NCBI GenBank assembly: GCA_963767925.1 | Contig: CAVYGB010000008.1 | Span: 2,144,001-2,208,000 of the forward strand | DNA: 64,000 nucleotides | Source of the DNA: an uncultured delta proteobacterium | GTDB lineage: Bacteria > Myxococcota_A > Polyangia > Fen-1088 | Reading direction: 5' to 3' | Part shown: piece by piece, positions 9,972-18,349 of the stretch | Layout of the letters: every line of letters begins with the position of its first letter | Numbering within the stretch: the stretch's first letter is position 1 | Notes under the pieces: generated by a model | What the model saw: only the letters and a program-made list of their open reading frames with translations | What the model was told of the DNA's origin: nothing | Databases searched by the model: none | Position numbers and translations under genes: made by a program

Positions 9972-11564
9972 ATGGCGAATCACAGCGGCTCCATCTGGGA
10001 CGACGACAGCGGCGCCGCCGCGTCAGGCCACCGGCGGTTGCACGGAGAAACGCGGGCCGATGTGGCCATCATCGGGGGCGGAATCACCGGAGTGACGGCG
10101 GCCCTCCTGCTCGGGCGGGCCGGCAAGAAGGTCGCCCTCCTCGAGGCGCGCCAGATCGGGGCCGGCGAGACCGGCCGCACCACCGCCCACCTCACCTCCG
10201 CCATGGACCAGCGCTACCACAGCATCATGGGCAAATTCGGCACGGAGGGGGCGCGGGACGTCTTCCGGTCGCAGCAGGAGGCCATCGGGCGCATCGAGGC
10301 CTTCGTCAACGAGCTGCGGATCGACTGCGGCTTCGAGCGCCTGGCCGGCTACCTCTACACGGAGAGCGCCGGACAGATCAGGGAGATCGAGCAGGAGGCC
10401 GAGGCCTGCCAGGAGCTCGGGATCCCCGTCAGGCTCACCGACCGGATCCCCCTACCCTTTCCCGTGCAGGGGGCCCTGCGCTTCTCCGACCAGGCGCAGC
10501 TACACCCGCGCCGCTACCTGCTGGCCCTGGCCGACGCCTTCCTGGCCGACGGCGGCCGGATCTTCGAGGACAGCCCCGCGCTGGAGGTGGAGGAGGGAGA
10601 GCCCTGCCGGGTCGTGTCCGAGGACGGGGCGGTGATCGCCGACCACGTCCTGGTGGCGGCCCACGTGCCGATCTCGAACCGGGTGTTTCTCCACACGAAG
10701 ATCGCCGCCTACCGCTCCTACGTGGTGGCCGCACGCGGGCAGTCGCCCGGGCCGGCGGGCCTGTTCTGGGACACCGAGGACCCCTACCACTACCTGCGCA
10801 GCCACCGCACCCCAGACGGCCGGGATCTCCTGATCCTGGGGGGTGAAGACCACAAGGTGGGACAGGAGCCCGATCCCTCGGAGCGGTTCCAGCGCCTGGC
10901 CGGGTACCTGCGCGAGCGCTTCGGCACCAGCGCCATCGAGTACCAGTGGTCGGGCCAGATCATCGAGCCGGTGGATGGGCTCCCGTACATCGGGCGCAAC
11001 GCCCTGTCGAGCCGCATCTACGTCGCCACCGGCTACGCCGGGCAGGGCATGACCAGCGGCACGCTGGCGGCGATGATCCTGTGCGACGAGGTGATGGGCC
11101 AGCGCAACCCCTACGCCTCGCTCTACGACGCCACCCGCATCAAGCCCCTGGCCGCGGCCCGGGAGTTCGTCCGGGAGAACGTGGACTTCCCCACCCACCT
11201 GGTGGGAGATCGGCTGCGCCGGCACGACCACGCCGCGGCCAACCTGCCGGCCGGCGAGGGCGCCGTGTTGACCCTGGGGGGAGATCGGGTGGCGGTCTAT
11301 CGCAGCCCGGGCGGCGAGCTGATCGCCCTGTCGCCGGTGTGCACCCACCTCGGCTGCCTCGTCAACTGGAACGGGGCGGAGAAGAGCTGGGACTGCCCCT
11401 GCCACGGCAGCCGCTTCGATCCGCGCGGGGCGGTGCTCAACGGGCCCGCGGTGGTAGGGCTGGAGGCCCGGGAGCTGCCGCTCACCCCCGCGCGCAGCGA
11501 GTCCGAGGACGAGGCGGCCGAGGCGGAGGCGGCCTCCCTGGCCCCCCTGCCCGAGCCGGCCTGA
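9972..11564 (+). CDS. FAD-dependent oxidoreductase (DAO family) with C-terminal Rieske [2Fe-2S] domain (YhfW-like)
   Basis: DVAIIGGGITG Rossmann motif, GETGRTTAHL, DGLPYIG. Rieske ligands CTHLGC...WDCPCHGSRF. GAGG RBS upstream of ATG 9972. Confidence 0.92.
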   Translation: MANHSGSIWDDDSGAAASGHRRLHGETRADVAIIGGGITGVTAALLLGRAGKKVALLEARQIGAGETGRTTAHLTSAMDQRYHSIMGKFGTEGARDVFRSQQEAIGRIEAFVNELRIDCGFERLAGYLYTESAGQIREIEQEAEACQELGIPVRLTDRIPLPFPVQGALRFSDQAQLHPRRYLLALADAFLADGGRIFEDSPALEVEEGEPCRVVSEDGAVIADHVLVAAHVPISNRVFLHTKIAAYRSYVVAARGQSPGPAGLFWDTEDPYHYLRSHRTPDGRDLLILGGEDHKVGQEPDPSERFQRLAGYLRERFGTSAIEYQWSGQIIEPVDGLPYIGRNALSSRIYVATGYAGQGMTSGTLAAMILCDEVMGQRNPYASLYDATRIKPLAAAREFVRENVDFPTHLVGDRLRRHDHAAANLPAGEGAVLTLGGDRVAVYRSPGGELIALSPVCTHLGCLVNWNGAEKSWDCPCHGSRFDPRGAVLNGPAVVGLEARELPLTPARSESEDEAAEAEAASLAPLPEPA

Positions 11565-11577
11565 GGGGAAGCGATCC

Positions 11578-13233
11578 TCAGGGGCAGAACCAGATCCCGT
11601 AGTCCTCGCCGCGGCAGGTGAAGGTGCTGGTGGGGTCGTCGTAGGCGTAGGAATAGGCGGTCGGGCAGGCCGACTTGAACGCGCGCGAGAACAGCGACGG
11701 CCCGCAGGTCTCGGGGGTGGCGTTGGCCCCCTTGCAGCAGAGCGCGTCGGTGCCGAACCGCTCGCAAGCGCTCAGGCAGCCAACCGTGCGGCCACCCTGG
11801 ACCACGCGCAGCTCGGGCGGGCAGGTCGCGTTCAGATCCGAGACGCAGGTGGGCGCCAGGCAGTCGTAGGCCCCACCCTGACTGCGCTGGAAGCTGCCCG
11901 GCAGGGGCGCCATCGCTATCGGCAGGTTGTAGCCGTCGACCAGGCTGATGTCGTAGAAGTCGGGCCCGGTTCCCGGGGCCGCCCAGGTGATCTCGGCGAG
12001 CGTGGCCGGCGTCTTGCCGCCGACCGGACCGCAGCCGAGGCGGCCGGCGCAATCGCCGGTCGCACACTGGCCGGTGGCCCCGTTGAAGCTGCAGCCGGTG
12101 CGACCCCAGAAGCGGCCGGACCAGAGCCCGCCCGGGACGCGGACGGTGCGGATCTGTCCGGCGTCGAGCTGGAAGCCACCGCCATCGGGGACCGCCATCT
12201 GCGACTGGATGGCCACCCAGACGGTCTCCTGGCACCGATTGATGAAGACCACCTGGCGCTGGTCGTCCCGCCGCCCCATCGGCGCGGGCGGGGGATCGGT
12301 CCCCTCGCTGTCCCAGACGATGCCGTCGACGTAGAAGGTCACCGGACGGCCCGTCTCCTTGTAGGTCCAGGCGAAGCCGCCGATCAGGGTGCCACCGGTG
12401 TCGCCCCCCGCGAGGTTCATCGAGATCTGCCGCCACTCGGGGGTGAGGATCTCGGTGTGCTCGGGCAACACGATGCTGTCGCGGTCGGTGCCGGCCCGGA
12501 AGCTCACCCGCGCCCCGCTCCCGCCGGAGGCGGCGTGGAAGGTGACCCGCCGGGCCCCCGGGGCCACCGGCAGCCCGGGCTCGAGGCCCCAGTTGGGATC
12601 GCCGGCCTGGGCGGGCGGCATCGCCTCGGGGTGAGACCTGCGCAGGGTCGGCAACAGGTAGATCCCGACGAAGGCGCCCAGCGCGGGCGGCGCGAACCCG
12701 GGAGGCGGCGTGTAGGTGAACTGCAGGCAGGCGCCGCGGGCCCCCGCCGGGCGGGCGGCGCACGGGCCGGTCGTGCTGACGGCCTCCTCGATGACCATCG
12801 AGCCCGCCTGGAAGTGGCGGGAGATCGTCCCGTCGCCGAACCATCCCCGGTTGGTGAAGTGATCGGTGACGACCAGGGGCAAGGGGATGGGCGCACCGGG
12901 GGCCGGCGGCAGCGCGCTCGGCCCGTCCGCGGCGCCCGCGTCGCCGGGCACCGGGCTGCCTGCGCCGGAGCCGCCGCTCCCGGGCTGACCGGATCCGCCA
13001 CCCGTCGCGAGCGGACCACCGGTCCCGGCGGCGGGGCCGGGGCTTCCGCCCGCGCCAGCAAGTCCGCTGCCCGCGCCGCCGCTGCCGCCCGCGCCGGGAG
13101 CAGGCGGGTCGGCCGGGCGGTTCGGTGCACAGGCCAGGGCCGTGCCCAGCAGCGAGACGATCAGCGGCAGCCGGCCGCGCGCGAGGAGGAGGCGGGAAGA
13201 GCCCGCGGTCAACGGAGCCGAGGTCATGCCCAT
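11578..13233 (-). CDS. Lipoprotein with a CBM-like domain fused to a thaumatin-like (PR-5/GH152-type) domain
   Basis: Lipobox ALAC and a Gly/Ala/Pro linker. Domain shared with two other lipoproteins of the locus. C-terminal FINRCQETVW...SGRFWGRTGC...CATGDC...PATLAEIT...DFYDISLVDGYNLP...FKSACPTAYSYAYDDPTSTFTC...FCP. Confidence 0.92.
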   Translation of the reverse strand: MGMTSAPLTAGSSRLLLARGRLPLIVSLLGTALACAPNRPADPPAPGAGGSGGAGSGLAGAGGSPGPAAGTGGPLATGGGSGQPGSGGSGAGSPVPGDAGAADGPSALPPAPGAPIPLPLVVTDHFTNRGWFGDGTISRHFQAGSMVIEEAVSTTGPCAARPAGARGACLQFTYTPPPGFAPPALGAFVGIYLLPTLRRSHPEAMPPAQAGDPNWGLEPGLPVAPGARRVTFHAASGGSGARVSFRAGTDRDSIVLPEHTEILTPEWRQISMNLAGGDTGGTLIGGFAWTYKETGRPVTFYVDGIVWDSEGTDPPPAPMGRRDDQRQVVFINRCQETVWVAIQSQMAVPDGGGFQLDAGQIRTVRVPGGLWSGRFWGRTGCSFNGATGQCATGDCAGRLGCGPVGGKTPATLAEITWAAPGTGPDFYDISLVDGYNLPIAMAPLPGSFQRSQGGAYDCLAPTCVSDLNATCPPELRVVQGGRTVGCLSACERFGTDALCCKGANATPETCGPSLFSRAFKSACPTAYSYAYDDPTSTFTCRGEDYGIWFCP

Positions 13234-13272
13234 GTAGAGGAGACCTCCCGGGCCGAACTTCCCGCGCGCCGG

Positions 13273-14967
13273 TCAGTCCGGTGTGGCCAGGCAGCGTCCG
13301 GACTGGCAGGTCGCGCCGGGGCCACACGACTGCGAGCTGCACGGCACCAGCGCGCTCCAGGTGGCCAGCAGGTTCTTCTGTCTGATGTCCTGGAAGGGCA
13401 GCCAGATCGGAGGGGTGGAGGGATCCGGATTGACGGGCAGCCGGCTCAGATCGATGGCGGTCATCCAGAGCTGCTGAAACCCGCCCTCGGCCGCGCCGGC
13501 GTTGCGCCGGAGCAGCCCGTAGTCCATCAGCGAGTGGAAGGTGACGAACAGGAGCTGGCAATCCTGCTGGCCGGTGGGGGCAAAGCGGGGAAAATTCGTG
13601 CCCGCCCCCACCGGGGAGGCGCGCCCCAGGTCGAGGATCGCGCCGCCCTCCCGCCGGACCAGGCGCAGGCGGGTGTTCCGGTTCCGGTAGCTCTCGCCAC
13701 CGACCGGCGAAGAGACGAATACGATCCACCGTCCGTCGGGCGACCAGGAAGGATGGGCGTGCACCTGCAGGGGCTCGTCCACGACGACCTCGGGCGCGCC
13801 GAACCTCCCCTGCGCGTACGGCATCACCACCAGGTGGCCGTCGAAGGCCGAATATTGCTTCGCCGGCTGGATGCCGCCGCGCGCGCGGGTGGCGACGATC
13901 TCCGCGCCGCCGGGGGACCACTGGGGAAAATCGATGCGCCCCTGCGTCTCGTCGATGCCGGCCTCCCAAAGGCGCGTGCCGGCGGCGTCGTAGAGCGCGA
14001 GGTCGCCGCGGACGCCATCGCGAGCCAGGATGCGGGTGCCGTCCGGGCTCACCGCGGGGGCCACCGCGTCGGCCCGATCGGGGGACGGCGGCGGCGGCGG
14101 ATTCACCGTAGGATGGTCGAGATCGCCGGTGCGGGAGACGGTGAGGTTGCCCGCGTAGGTGGCGGCGAACGCCAGGGTGGTGCCGTCGCGGCTGACCGAG
14201 TGGCAGCCGCCGCAGCCGGAGGTGTTGCGGGCCGTCGCGGGCGCCACCATGGCCTCCGCCCGGGCCGCTCCGAAGACGTGGCGGTGGATGCCGGCGCTGA
14301 TCGGCTCGGTCCCGAGATAGTAGAGCCCCCCCTCGATGGCAGCGGGCGAAAACCGGATCGAGATCGGGTCGGAGGTGGCCACCCCCGCGGCGGGATCGTG
14401 GGCGGCGACCCGGAGCCGGACCTCCTTGCCCGCGTTGCGCTGAGCGACGTAGCGCCAGACCGGCGCCGGCACCGCAAAGCTGGCGTCGAGCTCCTGGGCC
14501 ATGGTCGCCCCCGCCGGCTCGGCGTACGGCACGTACAGCTCGATCGGCACCTCACCGGGATCGACCGGCGCGATCTCGATCCGGAAGGTGCCCTGACCCG
14601 GGCTGCCGCGCCGCCACTGCAAGGTGATGTGCGAGAGGTTCCGCGGGTGGACCGAGTCGGCGGGCGGGTAGACGATGGCCGGACGCCGCAGCGGATCGGG
14701 ATCGACGGTGGCCCCCTCGAACAGCGCGGGCTCCGCCGGGGCCACGCTCAGGCAGCGATCGCGGTTCCCGCAGGTCCAGGCCGGCGCCGGGACCACCTGG
14801 GGCGGCGTGGTGGCGGGGCAGCCCGCGGCCGCCGCTGGCCCGGGCGTGTCCGGGGAGGCGCCCGCGTCGGCGCGGGGCGGAACGGTCGAGATGGATCCGT
14901 CGCCCAGCCGCCCGATGGGCTCGCTCCGGCGCGCACAGGCCACCGCCCCCAGCAGCGCCAGCCCCAC
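13273..14967 (-). CDS. TolB-like (PD40-repeat beta-propeller) lipoprotein
   Basis: Lipobox AVAC. Motifs IVYPPADSVHPRNL, CGGCHSVSRDG, PAVSPDG, FPQWSPGG, HPSWSPDGRWIVF, QLWMTAIDL, DPSTPPIWLPFQD. Confidence 0.8.
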   Translation of the reverse strand: MGLALLGAVACARRSEPIGRLGDGSISTVPPRADAGASPDTPGPAAAAGCPATTPPQVVPAPAWTCGNRDRCLSVAPAEPALFEGATVDPDPLRRPAIVYPPADSVHPRNLSHITLQWRRGSPGQGTFRIEIAPVDPGEVPIELYVPYAEPAGATMAQELDASFAVPAPVWRYVAQRNAGKEVRLRVAAHDPAAGVATSDPISIRFSPAAIEGGLYYLGTEPISAGIHRHVFGAARAEAMVAPATARNTSGCGGCHSVSRDGTTLAFAATYAGNLTVSRTGDLDHPTVNPPPPPSPDRADAVAPAVSPDGTRILARDGVRGDLALYDAAGTRLWEAGIDETQGRIDFPQWSPGGAEIVATRARGGIQPAKQYSAFDGHLVVMPYAQGRFGAPEVVVDEPLQVHAHPSWSPDGRWIVFVSSPVGGESYRNRNTRLRLVRREGGAILDLGRASPVGAGTNFPRFAPTGQQDCQLLFVTFHSLMDYGLLRRNAGAAEGGFQQLWMTAIDLSRLPVNPDPSTPPIWLPFQDIRQKNLLATWSALVPCSSQSCGPGATCQSGRCLATPD

Positions 14968-14990
14968 CGAGAAAAAGCGCCGGTCCGGCG

Positions 14991-16400
14991 TCAGGGCCTC
15001 CTCGGGCTGGCGGGCGCGCGCAGGCGCTGCTGCGCCTCGACCGCGTGGCGGCCCAGGGGGAAGCGGCCCAGGTAGGCCTTCATCGCGGCCGCCTGACTAT
15101 CTCCCTGTCGGTCCAGGCAGTCGGCCCGGTAAAACAGGGCGTCGTCGGCGTCGGCGCTGATGGGCGGGCCCTGCAGCGCCAGATCGTAGAAGCCGAGGGC
15201 CGCCGGGCAGTCCCCGGCATGGCGCGACAGATCACCGGCCACCCGGGCGATCTCGACCCGCCGCTCGCTGTCGGTGTGGCGCTGGAGGAAGGCCCGGGCC
15301 GCCTGCAAGGCCAGGCCCGCGTCGTCGAGCCCGGTGAGGGCCTCGATCCGCCACAGATCCGCCTCCGCCCGCAGGAGGCCCTCGGGATACCGCTCGCTGT
15401 AGCGCTGCCAGCTCCGGGCGGCGCGCCCCAGATCACCCAGCTCGCGGTGCTCGATCTCGGCGATACTGAACAGCGCCAGCTCCGCCGCCGGCCCACCCGC
15501 CTCGACCATCTTCTGGTAGCGGGCGATGGCCCTGACCGGATCGGCCGGACGGTCCAGGCTCACCCGAGCGAGGGCGCGGGCCGCGGCGGGATGGGCCGGC
15601 CGGGCCTGCGCCAGCTTGCGGAGGGCGGGCCGGGATGTCGGCCGCACCGCCCGGCGGGGTGGCGGGGGGCGCACGGCCGGTGGCCCGGCGGCCGGCTCGC
15701 TCGACCAGCTCGCCCCGGCAGGCAGCCGCTGCACGAGCCGATCCGAGGCGACCTCGTGGACCTCGACGGTGCCGCTCGCGACCGCCACCGAGACGCCCGC
15801 CTCCTCGACCGCCACGTCGAACACGGTCCCCAGCACCACCACCCGGAAGGCCCCCGCCCGGACGCTGAAGCGCTGGCCGGGGGGCTGATGGGGGACCGAG
15901 AAGCGCACCCGTCCCACCTTCACCTCGGGCGGCGACCCGTCCTCCCCTGGCACCAGCGCCGTGCGCGGCAGGAGCTCGGCGTCCACCCCCCGGGCCAGGC
16001 GGTGGCGCACCCGCTCGCCGGGCCCGGTGCTCAGGGCGGCGGGCGGCGCGGGCAAGGGGATCACCTCGGGCGCCAGCCGCGGGCCGGCCGCCGCCGGCTG
16101 GGCGGCGGGCGCCGTGGCCAGGGATCGGTCGCGGAGCAGGTTCGCGCTGCCAAGGACGGTCACGGTGGCGGCGAGCGCCACGCCGGCGCCGACGAGCAGG
16201 GGCGTCAGCCAGCCGCCGCCCCAGCGCGGGCTGGCCAGCCTGCCCGAGCGATCCCACCAGGGCGCCTGGACCCGGGGCCAGACCCGCTGCCGGGCGAAGG
16301 CCTCGTCGCCCGGTCCCGGCGACGCGTCGTCCAGGGCCTGGCGGAGCGCGCGGGCCCCCGGATCGGCGGTCTCTTCCAGCCAGCGCTTCGCCCCGCTCAT
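14991..16400 (-). CDS. FecR-domain anti-sigma/transducer with a C-terminal TPR region
   Basis: Start MSGAKRW overlaps the sigma stop (ATGA). One TM helix. FecR-type GRVRFSV...FSVRAGAFRVVVLGTVFDV...VAVASGTVEV. TPR helices YSERYPEGLLRAEA and YLGRFPLGRHA. Confidence 0.85.
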   Translation of the reverse strand: MSGAKRWLEETADPGARALRQALDDASPGPGDEAFARQRVWPRVQAPWWDRSGRLASPRWGGGWLTPLLVGAGVALAATVTVLGSANLLRDRSLATAPAAQPAAAGPRLAPEVIPLPAPPAALSTGPGERVRHRLARGVDAELLPRTALVPGEDGSPPEVKVGRVRFSVPHQPPGQRFSVRAGAFRVVVLGTVFDVAVEEAGVSVAVASGTVEVHEVASDRLVQRLPAGASWSSEPAAGPPAVRPPPPRRAVRPTSRPALRKLAQARPAHPAAARALARVSLDRPADPVRAIARYQKMVEAGGPAAELALFSIAEIEHRELGDLGRAARSWQRYSERYPEGLLRAEADLWRIEALTGLDDAGLALQAARAFLQRHTDSERRVEIARVAGDLSRHAGDCPAALGFYDLALQGPPISADADDALFYRADCLDRQGDSQAAAMKAYLGRFPLGRHAVEAQQRLRAPASPRRP

Positions 16401-17071
16401 CCCTGCCCCTCCTTGGCCATCTCCTCGAGCTGGGTCCGCGCCCGGTGGATGCGGGTCCAGACCGTGTTGACCGCGCAGCCACAGACCTCGGCGATCTCCT
16501 GGACCGGGCGCCCCTCGATCTCGAACATCACCAGCGCCAGCCGGCGCTCCGGCGGCAGCCGGCCGAGGAGCTGGGCCATGTACTGGCGGCGGGCCGCCTC
16601 GTTCTCCCCCCAGTCGCGCGGCAAGGTCGGGGTCAGCTCCCGCTTCCACAGGTCGAGCAGGGCGCGCTTGAGCCGCCTCCGCTTCGCGTAGCGGATCGCC
16701 TCCCGGGTCGACAGGCGGTGGATCCAGGTGGCCAGGCGGGCCTCGCCCCGGAAGGACCCGAGGTGGCGATACACGATGATGAAGATCTCCTGGCAGAGAT
16801 CGTCGGCCTCCCCGTCGACGATGCCGAGCGCATGGACCAGCCGGGCCACCTTGCCGAAGTGACGGTCGTAGAGGGTGCGCCAGGCGGCCGGGTCACGCAG
16901 CAGACAGCGGCGCACGAGCTCGTGCTCGTCCGCCACGGTCAGCTCGCTCGAAGGGGAGATAGGCCTCGGCATGCGGGTGGCGGTGTCGGCGCCCGCGGGG
17001 TCGAGCGAAGCTCCGTCCTGCCGTTCCGGGGGCCGTGACGGCCGCGAGCTGCGCAACATGGGCAAGTTCAC
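16397..17071 (-). CDS. ECF-type sigma-70 factor
   Basis: Region 2 ADDLCQEIFIIVYRHLGSFRGEARLATWIHR. Region 4 LPPERRLALVMFEIEGRPVQEIAEVCGCAVNTVWTRIHRAR. The true start may be a downstream Met. Confidence 0.93.
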   Translation of the reverse strand: MNLPMLRSSRPSRPPERQDGASLDPAGADTATRMPRPISPSSELTVADEHELVRRCLLRDPAAWRTLYDRHFGKVARLVHALGIVDGEADDLCQEIFIIVYRHLGSFRGEARLATWIHRLSTREAIRYAKRRRLKRALLDLWKRELTPTLPRDWGENEAARRQYMAQLLGRLPPERRLALVMFEIEGRPVQEIAEVCGCAVNTVWTRIHRARTQLEEMAKEGQG

Positions 17072-17099
17072 CGCCGCCCCTATGGAGGGGTGAGGCCGC

Positions 17100-18248
17100 T
17101 CAATTCTTCCACAGGGTCAGCCCGGTCTCGATGACGACCCTCAGATGGGCGGTGGGGGTCCGGAAGACCGGCGTCTCCAGGCCCGCGTCAAAGTCGCGCG
17201 GGGCCAGGGAGAAGCCGCCCCAGAGGGACCCGCGCACGAACAGCCGCCGGCCCGCGGCGCGATAGGCCAGCCCGAGCGCTGCGGACGGCTCGACGCGCAC
17301 CCCCCCCTGCGCGTCGACCAAACCGCGCGCCTGGAAGGCGAGCAGATCGACGTCGAGCCCCACCGCCGGCGCGATCACGCCGCCCAGCAGCGGCAGCGGG
17401 AACCCCAGCGCGGCCCGCAGGGGAAAGGCCCGCACGCGCAGGTCGGCCGACCCGCCCGAGCCGGGCACCTCGCGCGCGGTCTCGGAGGTGACGCCGCCCG
17501 CGAGCTCGACGCCCAGCCAGCCGCGCTCGCCCTGCAGGCCGACGAGCAGCTCGGTGCGCGCGCCGCCCGCCAGCCCGATTCGCGCGCCCCCGCCGGCGCC
17601 GAGGAAGAGGGCCAACCGCGGCCGGGCAGCGGGGACCGCGGCGATCGTGGCGGCGCTGGCGGCGCTGGCGGCCGGGAGCGGGTCGCCGGAGAGGGCCAGG
17701 CGATCGACGAGGGAGGGCGTCTCGCTCCGGGTAGTCGAGGTGGCGGGCGCCGGAGCAGCAGCATCGGTCGGGGCGGCAGGGGGACCGGCCGGCGGGGTCG
17801 CTTCGGCCGCAGGAGCGGGTGCCGGCTCGTCGGGCGGCCGCACCGGCCTGGGCGAGCGGTAGCCGATCTCTCTCAGGAAGCGCACCACAACGAGGGCTGC
17901 TGCTTCCGCGATCGCCTGGCACCCCTCGGGAGACCGCGCCGGGCCATGGGAAGCGCCGGGCACGGTGAGCCGCCGCTCCAGCACGGACCCGCCGCCCACT
18001 TCGCGCAAGCGTAGCAAGCGAACCTCGGCCGTCGCGCCCCGGTCGATCTCCAGGCGATAGCGAGGGCCGGACCGCGGCCCGGCTCGGGCGCGCGTGACGC
18101 CGGGCAGCCGCGCCTCCAGCCCCGACGACACCTGGCCGGCAGCGGGGCAGCCTCCCGCGGGAGCCTCCACCGAGATCGACGCCTCCGCGCCCAGCGCCGG
18201 GCCAGGCAGCAGAACGAGGGCGATCAGGGCCCGGAGACAGCCACGCAC
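17100..18248 (-). CDS. Secreted hypothetical protein of the myxobacterial ECF-FecR cassette type, with a C-terminal beta-strand-rich region
   Basis: Start taken at GTG 18248. Signal peptide ALIALVLLPGPALG, CPAAGQV...RRLTVP...CQAIAEAAALVV, Pro/Ala linker, then amphipathic strands ending ETGLTLWKN. Confidence 0.65.
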   Translation of the reverse strand: MRGCLRALIALVLLPGPALGAEASISVEAPAGGCPAAGQVSSGLEARLPGVTRARAGPRSGPRYRLEIDRGATAEVRLLRLREVGGGSVLERRLTVPGASHGPARSPEGCQAIAEAAALVVVRFLREIGYRSPRPVRPPDEPAPAPAAEATPPAGPPAAPTDAAAPAPATSTTRSETPSLVDRLALSGDPLPAASAASAATIAAVPAARPRLALFLGAGGGARIGLAGGARTELLVGLQGERGWLGVELAGGVTSETAREVPGSGGSADLRVRAFPLRAALGFPLPLLGGVIAPAVGLDVDLLAFQARGLVDAQGGVRVEPSAALGLAYRAAGRRLFVRGSLWGGFSLAPRDFDAGLETPVFRTPTAHLRVVIETGLTLWKN

Positions 18249-18349
18249 GGCCGCCAGTATGCCGCTGCCCGGGCCTCGCCGCCTGCCCCACCGCGGCGGT
18301 CGAGGTGGGAAGAATGCCGACCCCGCCCTCCTCCTAGCTTCGGATCGTG

